From positions 64,542,001 through 64,606,000 of the forward strand of contig NC_043009.1 in assembly GCF_006345805.1 (NCBI RefSeq): a stretch of DNA of 64,000 nucleotides. Direction: 5' to 3'. This document shows positions 24,553 to 37,107 of this stretch, one piece after another. The position numbers and the translations under genes were made by a program. The notes under the pieces are model-generated. The model was not told the origin of the DNA. It searched no databases and worked only from the letters and a program-made list of their open reading frames with translations. The DNA is from Octopus sinensis. Lineage: Eukaryota. Within the stretch, counting starts at the first letter, position 1. Every line of letters starts with the position of its first letter.

Positions 24553-27500
24553 TCCCTGACGCGAGACAGAGGTCCCTCCCTCAGGGAGAACAAAAACAAA
24601 AACAAAAAGTTAAAAGAAGGGAAAAAAGCGCACTGACCACTACTGAAAGACGGTATGCAGATGTGGTGCGCGGAAACCCAACAGGTGGCCAGCTTCACCC
24701 AGATGTGAGAAAGGCGGCAGCTGAACAGCAGTCTTTTTTGTGCATGGCACAAAAAATTGTTCAGCAGCTGACCTGGCTACAAGCACAAAGCTGGAACTAC
24801 CACCACATAAGGCCACCTCCAACAGATGCAGGATGGCCACCACAGACACCAACACCAACACACACACCACAAAAATATTTCTACTGAATGTAGGAGGGCT
24901 GCTGCGCGGAAACTGTAAAAAGAAAATTTCATTCCTGAGAGACCTTGTGACATGCAATCAAGCTATATGCATGGCACTCACAGAAACGCATCTTGAACCC
25001 GATATAGGTGATGCAGAAATACACATGCCGCAATATGCAGTCATACGCACAGATAGAAAAGGGAGGAGCCATGGTGGAGTTGCAATGTACATCCGAGATG
25101 ACCTCACGCCCCAGGTCCTGCTGTCATATTCAAACTCAGTATGTGAAAACAAATTGTACACATAAGACAACTGAATATCGTCATATGCACTACATATCGC
25201 CCACCAGACGCCCCAAAACACTCAGGCATGTTTGAAGACTGCCTAACAAAAATAGGAGAAGTCCTCACCAACCTTGAACAGCACAACAGTGTATTCTTCA
25301 TGGGTGACTTTAACCTCCCCAATGTGGAATGGCCTGGGGGGCAGATGCTCCCAGGGATGACACACCATCAGCAGGCACAGGTGGAGTCCCTGCTCCATCT
25401 CACAAATACCTCTTTCATGGAGCAAATAGTTCTGCAACCAACAAGGGCAGATAATATACTGGATCTCTGCTTTACAAACAATATGGATATTATCCATAAT
25501 GTTAATGTGATGCCGACAATGATCTCGGATCACAACATAATAGAGCTGTCTATGTATGGAACAAAAGCCCCCGCAGACAACACAGCCTATACGAAGCACC
25601 CACCATCTCTCCAACTTAAACTTTCATAAAGCCAACTGGAAGTCGATTGAGAAAGAGATCCTCAAACAGGATTGGCCTGAATGTCTCTCCACACGGACAT
25701 AAACATGAAACACAAACACTTCATGTCCATAATACAAGCCATATGTGACAATATGTCCCATGTGCAGGGCCAGCACACACAAGAATAAAAACAGGATCCC
25801 TAGAGAAAGGAGGATTCTTATGAGACGACGGACAAGGATTGCAAACCGCCTGAGCAAGCACACCAAAAGTGGTGAGAAGTCTCGGCTCGAAAGAATGCTA
25901 ATGGAAACTGAGAAAAGTCTACATCAGTCCCATGAAAAGGAGAGAGCAGATAAAGAAGCTTGGGTAATAGAAAATATAAAATCAAACCCTAAAGCTTTCT
26001 TTAAGTTTGCCAAAGAGACAGCCACAGTGCACCAGAGAATAGGACCTCTCTTCCAAAAAGATGGCTCTCTCACAGGAATCCCACGAGGATAAGTGAAATA
26101 CTGAACGAACAGTTCCAAAGTGTGTTCACTACACCTCTAGGACACAGGCAAGTAAACAACCCAGAAGAATTCTTTGCCACTTACCAGCGGCCAAAGAGAC
26201 AAAAATTGAGTACATCAACATCGAAGAAGATGATATCACACTAGCCATTGATGAGATTGACACAAACTCAGCTGCTGGACCTGATGGATTCCCAGCGATC
26301 CTTCTCAAATCGTGCAAACGAGCCCTTGCAAAACCGCTACAGCTTCTTTTTCAGAGCTTTCTTGCAAGTGGTAAGCTCCCAGTCAAACTGAAAGAGGGGG
26401 TAATATGCCCTATCCATAAGGGAGGTAGCAGAGCAGATGCTAAAAATTATAGGCCTATCTCTCTGACCTCACACATCAGCAAAGTCATGGAACGAATAGT
26501 CCGTAAGAAACTAATCATGTTCCTTGAAGAAAATGACTTACTGTCTGACACCCAGCATGGATTTCGACCAGGTAGAGCTGCCTAACACAGCTCCTGCAGC
26601 ACTATGACTGGGTGTTGAAACAGCTACTAAATGGCTCAAATGTGGATGTAATATATCTTGACTTTGCAAAAGCCTTTGATAAAGTCGACCATGGTATGAT
26701 CTGTCATAAACTGCGTGGTCTCGGCATAGGCGGGAAACTTGGAGAGTGGCTGCACAACTTCCTAAAAGACAGAAAACAGGCAGTTGTGAGCAATGGAGCC
26801 ACCTCCAGGGAAACGCAAATAACAAGCGGTGTCCCACAGGGCACTGTCTTGGGGCCACTGATGTTCATAGTGGCCCTTTCAGACATGCCTTCAGTTGCTA
26901 CGATGACCACCCTTGCTAGCTATGCAGATGACACAAAGGTCTCCCACGCAATACAGAACCCTGAAAATATTGCGCATCTGCAACATGAGCTGGACACAAT
27001 ATACAGGTGGGCTGAGGACAACAACATGCAGTTTAATGCAGGTAAGTTCCAGGCCCTGCGCTACTGGCACACAAAGGTAAATGACGTGAAGACTGGATAC
27101 ACTGGCCCAGGAAGAATTGCAATCCCTGAGTCAAAATCAGTGCGTGACCTGGGCATTTACATGAGCAATGATGCATCTTTCCAAATGCATATTGCTAATC
27201 TGGTGATAAAATGCAGACGGCTAGCTGGATGGATTCTCCGAACTTTCAGAACAAGAGAGAAGGAGACACTGATGGTCCTATGGAAAACATTTGTCCTCAG
27301 CCGCTTGGACTACTGCTCCCAACTTTGTCACCACACAATATAAAAAAAACAGCAGAACTCGAAGCAACTCAGAGAAGCTACACAAAGAAAATCGTCTCAA
27401 TGCAAAATGTCAGCTACTGGGAAAGACTGAAGGTATTAAACCTCTTCTCCCTGGAGCGGAGGCGGAGAGATATGCAGTAATATACATCTGGAAAATCCTG

Positions 27501-27908
27501 GAGGGTCTTATCCCAAACTTTGGCATTCAAAGTTACTCCAACCGCAGAACGGGGCGCCGCTGCGTGGTGCCAAGGATTCCAACATCACCATCAAAATACA
27601 GGTCCAGATACTGCAACAGCTTGGGTTTCAGAGGACCACAGCTTTTCAACATCCTCCCTAAATGCCTGAGAGACTTACATGGTGTGGATGTGGGTTTCTT
27701 TAAAACTAAACTGGATCTCTTCTTGTTGGAAGTCCCAGATGAACCTACCTCACGACAGGAGACGCGGATGCAGGCAGCAGCATCGAACTCCCTTGTTGAT
27801 CAAGTGCCACGTATCAGAGGTGGATTCACAAACTAGTGTGGCTCATTCAGCGGTGGTGCCCCAGCATGGCCGCGGCCTTCGGGCTAAAACATTTTTAAGG
27901 ATTTAAGG

Positions 27909-27910
<2 letters not shown>
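24553..27910 (+). mobile_element. CR1/L2-group LINE: ORF1 end plus near-complete ORF2 (APE endonuclease and RT) with several frameshifts
   Basis: LLNVGGL..ALTETHL..RTDRKGRSHGGVAMYI, MGDFNLP, DNILDLCFTN, SDHNII, YRPISLTS, YLDFAKAFDKVDH, GVPQGTVLGP, YADDTK; 3' hairpin and (ATTTAAGG) tail; (TA)n on both sides. Confidence 0.95.
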
Positions 27911-27953
<43 letters not shown>

Positions 27954-28266
27954 ATGTATATATATATGGAGGCGTAATGGTTAAGGCAGTGGGCTCGCGA
28001 ACGGAGGATCGCGTTTTCGATTCCCAGAGCTTTGTGTGTGTTTATTGAGCGAAAACACTTAAAAGCTCCACGAGGCTCCGGCAGGGAGTGGTGGCGACCC
28101 CTGTTGTACTCTTTCACCCCAACATTCTCTCACTCTTTCTTCCTGTTTCTTGAGTAACGCTACGATGGACTGGCGTCCCGTCCAGCTGGGAGGAACATAT
28201 ATATATTCGAATTTCATCAAAATTGCAGATGAGGGTTATTTCCCTCTTTACACACCCTAAAAAAAT

Positions 28267-28330
28267 TGTAATCGTGCCACATGTAATCGTGTCACATGTA
28301 ATCGTGTCACATGTAATCGTGCCACATGTA
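28267..28330. repeat. Minisatellite, 4 x 15 bp (TGTAATCGTGYCACA)
   Basis: Read directly. Confidence 0.9.
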
Positions 28331-28677
28331 TCCCATACTACTGATTTTTATGCACAGATTCCAAAATTCCAGAGTTATTGAACCTGTTAAAAAGATTTTG
28401 CTCCTAAAAAATGAATGTCATGGAGCTTTAAAATGTGAGAGTTAAGGCCCCTGTTGGGGGTGGGCATCTTAATGTCAACCAGAGAAGTTGAATTGTTGGG
28501 AATATTTTTAACTGGGGTCTTATATCTATTGTTTGAATTTCTTTGAAATAGGAAATATATGTTCACTGGGTTTGTAAAAGAGAGCAAAGCTACAGGAAAC
28601 CAAAAGACGAATGCTCACAATAAGCAGTCAGTTACCCTACCCTAGTCGTTACTTGAAGTACCGGTTCAAGAACTATG

Positions 28678-28721
<44 letters not shown>

Positions 28722-29421
28722 ATGAGTGTGTGTGTGTGTGTGTGTGTGTATACATATATGTATACACACACACACATACACAAACATACACACACACACA
28801 CAAAGATAAATTTATAGATACAACTGAGTGGGCAAACAAAAATATGAGACACTTCGTGGTGCTTTTTTATATTTTGATGAGCCTGGTACTTATTCTATCA
28901 GTTTCTTCTTGTGAAACCAGTAAGTTATGGGGATGTAAATAAACGAACACCAGTTGTGAAGCAGTGATGAGGGAGAAACATGAAGACACACACATAGACT
29001 TACATATATTCATACATATACATACAATTGATTTCTTTCTGTTTGTCTACAAAATCCACTGACCAGGCTTTGGTCGGTCTGAGGCTATAGCAGAAGACAC
29101 ATGCCAAGTTACCACACAGTGGGACTGAACTGTGGACCATGTGTTTTGGAACCAAGTTTGTTACCACACAGCCACACCTGCACCTATGTATATGTGTGTG
29201 TGGGGGGATGGGGTGGATCGGTGGGTGTGTGTGTGTATGGGTGTATATATGTATGCATGTATATATATGTATATATATGTGTACATATTACATGTACATC
29301 TATATATACATCTAGACATACATGTTTACATATACATGTATATCTATAAAAATACATCTATACATATAAATGTATACATATACAGCTATACATATACATG
29401 TATACATATACATCTATTTAT

Positions 29422-29467
<46 letters not shown>

Positions 29468-29529
29468 CCATATACATACAATAGAGAGATGCATTTGTTT
29501 CACTTTTAACACGTAATACTGAAATAGTA

Positions 29530-29937
29530 GAGAAGATGTGATATTGCTGTGGCCTCGCTCTAGGCAAGAAGTTAAACATTTTTTTGCCCATGATACTACA
29601 TGGACTCAAAGTAAGGCATGTGTAAAATTTGAATGAAATTGGTTGTGTCGTCCTCAAGTTTTAGGGATTGACACAGACAGACAGACAGACATTCTCAGTT
29701 GTGTAGTTCGCAAGTTTTAGGGATTCATATTGGAGAAGATATGATATTGCTATGGGCTCGCCCTAGGCAAGAAGTTAAAACATTTTTTTGCCCATGACAC
29801 TCCTTGAACCCTAAGTAAGGAATGTGTAAAATTTGAATGAAATTGGTTGTGTAGTTCTCAAGTTTTACGGATTCACACAGACAGACAGACAGGCAGACAC
29901 ACATTCTCAGTTTTATATATATATATATATATATAGA
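29530..29937 (-). mobile_element. Non-autonomous Helitron-like 5' portion with internal duplication
   Basis: A|TCTATATAT..AAAACTGAGAATGT, (CTGT)n, AACTACACAACCAATTTCATTCAAATTTT, typical of Helitron-derived short elements. Confidence 0.65.
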
Positions 29938-29966
29938 TTATTAATTATTATTATTATTATTATTAT

Positions 29967-30521
29967 TGAGTGAGAGGGCAGTGCATGCCATCAAAGTGAC
30001 ACTGGGGTAAAATATACGAAGCCCAATATACCCATCATGACCACCTGTCTGATAAGGGTACACCAGGCACATGCATCACAACCATATGTGCGCGACATGG
30101 TGATCTCATATCAAGATAAACAGCACATGACCTTGCAGGTGGGGCCCAGTTAGAATTTTCTTCAGGTTGAGTAGCCCATCCCGCTCAAAAGGTCCCTGAA
30201 TAAGGGTTGTTTAAGGATGTTGAAAGAACCACCCATGTTTCCAGAGGTGAATTATTCAAACCCCAAAGAATCCCTCTCAACACATGGCTATGATGCTCCC
30301 CCACTACTTCTGCTCGTGATCAGAGATGCACATATCGTCAGCCACTAAGGGACATGCTCAACTGGTTAAGATCAAACAACTGACAAGCAAATCTGTGGTA
30401 TTGAGCAGAATATTTGCTGTGGCCCATCTTTTATACCAAGACAAAACAATGTACATGATAACACTTCCAATCAGTTAAGATCAGAAGCCATGAGAGCCAC
30501 TGCCTGGTACTGCATCAGGGC

Positions 30522-30525
<4 letters not shown>
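29967..30525. mobile_element. Unclassified 559-bp non-coding element, copy 1, inside (ATT)n
   Basis: Same ends as, and high similarity to, the inverted copy at 56260-56818. Confidence 0.85.
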
Positions 30526-30559
<34 letters not shown>

Positions 30560-30576
30560 TATTATTATTATTATTA

Positions 30577-30614
<38 letters not shown>

Positions 30615-31314
30615 TATTATTATTAACTTAATAATTGTTCAAGTATGTTTTCAAGATAGTGAAGGAAACCATACGAACTTAAGATAAGTTCAAATATATT
30701 CTCAAACATATTTCAACTGATCTTAAGTTTCTTGCAGACATTGCTCCACTTCTTTGCGGCATGTCAGCCACGATGCACATTCACTAAAGAGTATTTACTG
30801 GTTTGCGATGGAGGAGATGTCTCTCTCTTTGCATGCGGTGTCGTAATGTTCGAAGTGCATCCATCAGTCCAATAAAAGGTGCTCTGAACTGCCTGTGGTG
30901 CATTGACTCCATGGCAATCTGCAGGGAAAAGACTTTACACGTTCAACTATGAATCATCTTGTATATCTTGCTTCATTGCTTCACGCATGCGTCAATAAGC
31001 AACTGGAAAAGATGTATTCCTGAAGTTAGAAGGTAGTAAGATGGTCCTATGCAGGACTACCACCTTACGTTGGCAAATAGGTTTTACTATAAAGTGCAGT
31101 TAATACTTAGATCTCATTCAGCGATTTGATACTAGTTGTTCTACTCATTACGAAAACAATGACTGAATATCACTTCTATATTTACATACTGTGAATAGGG
31201 TCGAGTAGGCTGCTATCTCTAGCTGGCGGTTGTCCAGCACCGATACGGGAAATTACTCAGAAACAATTGGTCTGTTGGTACTGCTAGTGGCTAGTGGGGA
31301 ACAGTACGCTCTCT

Positions 31315-31388
<74 letters not shown>

Positions 31389-31689
31389 TCTCTCTCTGAT
31401 ATATATATATTCTTTTATTCCTTTATTCTTTTACTTGTTTCATTCATTTTGACTGCGGCAATGCTGGAACACCACCTTAATAGATATTTTAGTTGGAGAA
31501 ATTGACCCCAAGACTTATTGTTTGTAAGTCTAGTACTTGTTCTATCGGTCCCTTTTGTCGAACCGCTAAGTTACGGGGACGTGAGCACACCAACAGTGAT
31601 GCTGGGGAGAGAAGCACAGACACAAAGACACGCACACACGTAACATACATATACATATATATCATATATATACATATATATATATATGT

Positions 31690-31890
31690 TTTTCTAATGC
31701 TCGTTGCTTAGTTTTTCCTGGAGGGCTGGCCGGTTCTAGTAATCTCAAGATTAATCAGCCGAAATTACTACGATGATCTGGTTCTTGACTGAAGACTGAG
31801 GGCTTCGAATGTCCTGTCTGTGTTTGTTGTATCGTCTTCTAAGTTTTTATGCGTTCTTGTCTCAGTTTGTATTTTTCTACATATCATAAT
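31690..31890 (+). repeat. Partial copy of the 50857-51836 element
   Basis: Matches 51643-51836. Confidence 0.8.
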
Positions 31891-32098
31891 ATATATATAT
31901 ATATTAATAAATATAAGGGTAGCAAAAAATTTGGTTTACCAAAGTGTCGAAACTATGCATAGTCCAAAGATGATAAGGATAAATGTTTTTATTTCTCCTT
32001 TGGTTTCAGTATTACAACTATTTCTGGTGAGTCGAATGGCCTATCAGGGCCATTCCTTAATATTGTTGATATATATATATACAGAGACACACACACAA

Positions 32099-32167
<69 letters not shown>

Positions 32168-32554
32168 ACACACACATTTATATTAATCAAAGGACATACT
32201 GAGTATGTCTACCCGCTGGAAATAACAGTCAAAACTCTTATTTAAACCACTGAATGATATATAGGTACGTTGAATGATTTTCTTGACCTGTTTACTCGTG
32301 TACTGTTTGTTGACTTCTGTACTTACTATCAGTTTGACTGCTATTTTCAGGAGGTAGACATACTCAGTATGTCCTTTGATTAATATAAATTTTAATCCTT
32401 CAGCTATTTAATGTTCTTTTTGGGCGGGGGTGATGGGAGCCAGCAATCGCCAATATTTTTAATTCTGTTATTATCAATTTTCTTGTGTTACCCAAGATAA
32501 TAACAGAGTTAATAATATCTTCGCAAATACTCACTCCTGAACTATTTGCTCCTT

Positions 32555-32681
<127 letters not shown>

Positions 32682-32857
32682 ATTATATAATATATATATA
32701 TATATATTATATATAGATATATATATATATATATATACTACCCCCCTATATATAGATATATATATACGACGGGCTTCTTTCCGTGAGAAATCCACTCACA
32801 GGTGTTGTAGACAACAAATAGATGTATTAGTATAACGCTCGAGAAGTGAAAAAAAGT

Positions 32858-32893
32858 CTTTAACGTTTCGAGCCTACGCTCTTCCACAGAAAG
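32858..32893 (-). ncRNA. Minimal type-I hammerhead-ribozyme-like motif (A6U core variant) in a probable Penelope pseudo-LTR (about 32790-32970)
   Basis: cttt CTGTGGA A GAGC gtag GCTC GAAA CG TT aaag: 4-bp stem I, 4-bp stem II, palindromic ACGT stem III. Confidence 0.55.
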
Positions 32894-33334
32894 GAACACA
32901 GAACGAAACAAGGAGAGAAAATAAAGAGAGAAAATAAAGAATGTGTAGTGGCTAGCGATCTATCATTGCGTATGTATGTATGTATGTATGTATGTATGTA
33001 TGTATGTATATGTGCAGATTTATATGTTTTGTTTTATGTATATGTATTCTCATACATATAGTCGCATATCTAGACATGTTCCTATATATTTAAGTGATAA
33101 ACTTCTGGAAAGTTTTTACAGAATTTTACAGATCCAGAGATAGATTGGATCTGCAGTCTTCGAATTAGCTTTCTCCTTCCTGGTTTTGGGAAGCATAATT
33201 TCTCAAGATTAGTATTTAGGTAGTGTGTTACATATCCTAGGGTCCCAATAATTACAGCTATAAATCTAAACTTGTATGTATGTATGTATGTATGTATGTA
33301 TGTATGTATGTATGTATGTATGTATCTATGTATG

Positions 33335-34054
33335 TTCAGCTGGGTATCTGGAACTGCTAGGTTTTATTTCAAAGCCCTTACCAGAAATGGTTTCAAAAGA
33401 CATACGTAGCACATAGTCAACGGCAATGATGAAGAGAAATGGGGCGAGTGTGTCTCCCTGCAATATTTCGGCTTTGATTGAGAAAGATGATGTTTCCCCA
33501 TCAGGGGTTAAGATGGTTGAAGACGTATCTGTGTAGAGGACCTTGATGGCAGTATGATTTTGTCTGGAATTCCATAGAACTTAAGGATTCCAAATCTAAA
33601 TAGAGATTTGAAACTTAAAATCTTCAAAGACATAGTCAGACCAATTCTACTATATGGCTCAGAAACCTGGACGTTATCAAAGAAGCTTGAGAGGCGGTTG
33701 GATGGAACTTACACTCGCTTCCTTATGAGAGCTCAAAATCTCTCGTGGAAGCGTCATCCAACCAAAGTACAAATATAAGGGAAACTACCACCTGTGTCAT
33801 CTCTTGTGAAAAGTAGAAGAGTCCAGTTTGCTGGACATTGTTGTAGAGCTGAAAACGAGGTAATTTCTACTCTTCTCCTCTGGAAGCCATCTGCTCGCGA
33901 TACCAGAGGGCGCACACTCTCCTACCTTGATGTAATCTCCAGGGATACCGGCATCCAGCAACAGGACCTCCGTAATGCTATGATGGACCATGAAGTCTGG
34001 CGTAACAAAGTAAATTCCATTGTATCGACCACGGTCGAACAATGATGATGATGA

Positions 34055-34056
<2 letters not shown>
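33335..34056. mobile_element. RTE/RTEX-type LINE copy with inverted 5' segment
   Basis: 33335-33594 minus strand: ILKFYGIPDK..ILQGDTLAPFLFIIAVDYVLR. 33595-34056 plus strand: ILLYGSETWT..QFAGHCCR..RGRTLSY, then a (GAT)n tail. Confidence 0.85.
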
Positions 34057-34105
<49 letters not shown>

Positions 34106-34459
34106 ATGTATGTATGTATGTATGTATCTTGCAGATGATATCATATCACTGTTTGCAAATGATAGGTATATCATAACTTATCTTTTTCCATCTTGAAACC
34201 TAAATGTATTTTAAGTCTAATCTTATATGACAGGATTAAATAGAAATTTGTGAAATAAATCAATTTCATTGACTGAATATATCAGTTACTAAATTCATGC
34301 ACATATGTGCACGCCCACACATGTACACTTGTGCGTTTGCATCTGTTTGCATCTTGGGTGTAGAAATAGCTGCACGACTGTTACAGTTCAGTTTCCGGCT
34401 CCACGTAGATTACCATCGTCCACTCTGCTTCCAGTTTAGTGGTCAAACAACTATTATAC

Positions 34460-34514
34460 TTATGACTTGCAGAATCAATAAAGAAGAAATCGCTAGAAGC
34501 ACAAGTTTCACCAT
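34460..34514 (-). CDS. Candidate first coding exon with signal-peptide-like MVKLVLLAISSLLILQVI
   Basis: aaacaATG context, hydrophobic 18-mer, possible phase-1 donor A|gtataa (weak). Same strand and phase as the 10400-11614 exon; the link is unproven. Confidence 0.25.
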
Positions 34515-34587
34515 TGTTTGGAACTGTGCGTTGAGTGTTGTTCATCAAGGAACGCATTACAATGTTTAAGAAAGAACTAATGTTTAG

Positions 34588-34624
34588 AACTGGTAGAATT
34601 GGGTAAATGGCGAGGCGTTTTATA
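34588..34624 (-). promoter_or_regulatory. Candidate TATA box plus initiator-like motif
   Basis: TATAAAA at 34624-34618 and CCAGTT 30-35 nt downstream on the minus strand, about 75 nt upstream of the candidate ATG. Confidence 0.2.
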
Positions 34625-35537
34625 AGTATTTTGAGAAGGAATGGAGAGAAAACAACTAACTGATAAAGAAGGGTTAGAAACAAGAAAAAGGGAGAGACAA
34701 AAAGAAAAAAATATTGATTATAGGGGGAAAGAAGAGTGAGAAGAAAATTTAAGACAGAAAAACAGGAGCAAACAGAAAAGAAAGGAAGGTTAGGTTGGAG
34801 AACCATAAAAGAGATAAATAACAATATATAAAGAAGTTGATAACGTGAAATGAATATATAAATGGATTAATAAATAGACACACCCAAGAGATAAGCAAAA
34901 CAAGGAGAAAGAAAAGAAGGCGAAGTCAGAGAGTGCAGGCGAGAGAGGAAGAGGATAGAGATTATTATAAAACAAGGAGAATGTTCCAGAATTGTGAATG
35001 AGTTAACATATGAATTTAATTCAAAACCAAAACAGATTGAAAAATGAAAGTGATATAGATATCCACTTTATACAGCTCAACCGAGTAGCGCTCTGATAGA
35101 GCTTCAGGGATACAAAATTAAGGAGAGGAGAAACCAAATTCAAAGACCGATGTATATATTTATTCAATCCATATCAACGAAGTTCTCAATGGTATACAAT
35201 GTGCATACATTGATGCATTCATCTATATGATATATAAAAAAGTTCTAAGAATTTACAAATACATACATATACGCGAAAATTTATGAATATATAAAAATTC
35301 ATACACATAAAAATTTACAAACGCATAAAAATTCATAAATGTAAATGTATAAAAAAAAGTTTAAGTCCATAAATGCACTTGCGAAGTCCGAATGAAAAGG
35401 ATGATGAAGCGGGTGATAGCTGATTAATAAGGGGTCTGAAACATGTTTAAAGTCTATGTATAACATCTTACGGCCGTTTCAAAAAGATATAGGTTGCTAT
35501 GGGCGAGCTAACTCCAATATAAATATATATATATGTA

Positions 35538-35608
<71 letters not shown>

Positions 35609-35674
35609 TGCATATATATATATGCATATATAATATATATATATATTATATATATATATATATGCATATATATA

Positions 35675-35733
<59 letters not shown>

Positions 35734-37072
35734 GTGTGTGTGCCCGTAACTTAGCGGTATGGCAAAAAAGTCCGGTAGAATAAGTACCAGACTTAATAAG
35801 TCCTGGGGTCGATCTGTTCGATCAAAAGGCGCTGCTCCTGCATAGCCGCACATACATGTTAAAGGAATAAAAGAACGTATATATATATGATACGACGAGC
35901 TTCCAAACAGTTTCCGTTTACTAAAGTCACTCACAAGATATTGGTCAGCCTGAGTAAGTTACTTAGTATGCCGCGCACTGGAATTGAACTCAGAAACCAC
36001 ATGTCTGCACCTACGTTGGACTAATATTTAAACGCTCTCAGGCGGTGAGCTGGCTGAAACGTTAGCACGCCGGGCGAAATGCGTAGCCGTATTTCGTCTA
36101 CCGTTACGTTCTGAGTTCAAATTCCGTCGAGGTCGACTTTGCCTTTCAACCTTTCGGGGTCGATTAAATAAGTACCAGTTACGCACTGGGGTCGATATAA
36201 TCGACTTAATCCGTTTGTCTGTCCTTGTTTGTCTTCTCTGTGTTTAGCCCCTTGTGGGTAGTAAAGAAATAGGTACATCGTCTGCCGTTACGTTCTGAGT
36301 TCATATTCAGGCGAGGTCAATTTTGCTTTTCATCCTTTCGGGGTCGATTAAATAAGTACCAGTTACGCACTGGGGTCAATGTAATCGACTGGCTCCGTTC
36401 CCCAAAACATTTCGGGCCTTGTGCTTAGAGTATAAAAGAATATTTAAACGCACAACGCAAGAATTTTTACCATTGGTATTCCGTATCTGTGAGAGCAGTC
36501 ACAACCACCGAGCATATATAAATATTTTCCGTACTTTATCTAAACACAGGAACCTCGTGTTTGTTTCTTAAGGAAGCGTTCACATTAGGAATGAGAGAGA
36601 TGCTTATATCAGAAATGTGGATAGAATTTATTTTCACGATCTTTATATCTATGAAACTGTTCAGCAATGTCTGTCATTATGAATATATCATGAAAATAAA
36701 TCGCGTAGATCATGTGATCATTCTTGTAGCTTATTTTCCACATTTTCCTCCTAAAATTCCACAGATATGGGTCCGAGGAGAGAACCTAGAACTACATCGC
36801 CCCGCCTGAGTGTATTATTTTAATCTTTTTATTTATTTTTTTATTGTTTTAGTCATTTGACTGCGGCCATGCTGGAGCACAGCCTTAAAGAGTGTTAGTC
36901 GAAGAAATCGACCCCAGGAATTATTCTTTGTAAGCCTACTACTTATTCTATCGGTCTGTTTTGCCGAATCGCTAAGTTACGGGAACATAAACACACCAGC
37001 ATCGGTTGTCAAGTGATGGTGCGTGGAGGGGGACAAAAACAGACACGCACACACACACACACAAACACAAAT

Positions 37073-37107
<35 letters not shown>

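Noticed and set aside
29975-30045. HDV-like fold at the end of the 559-bp element
   Set aside because: P3/L3 and J4/2 do not fit the consensus.
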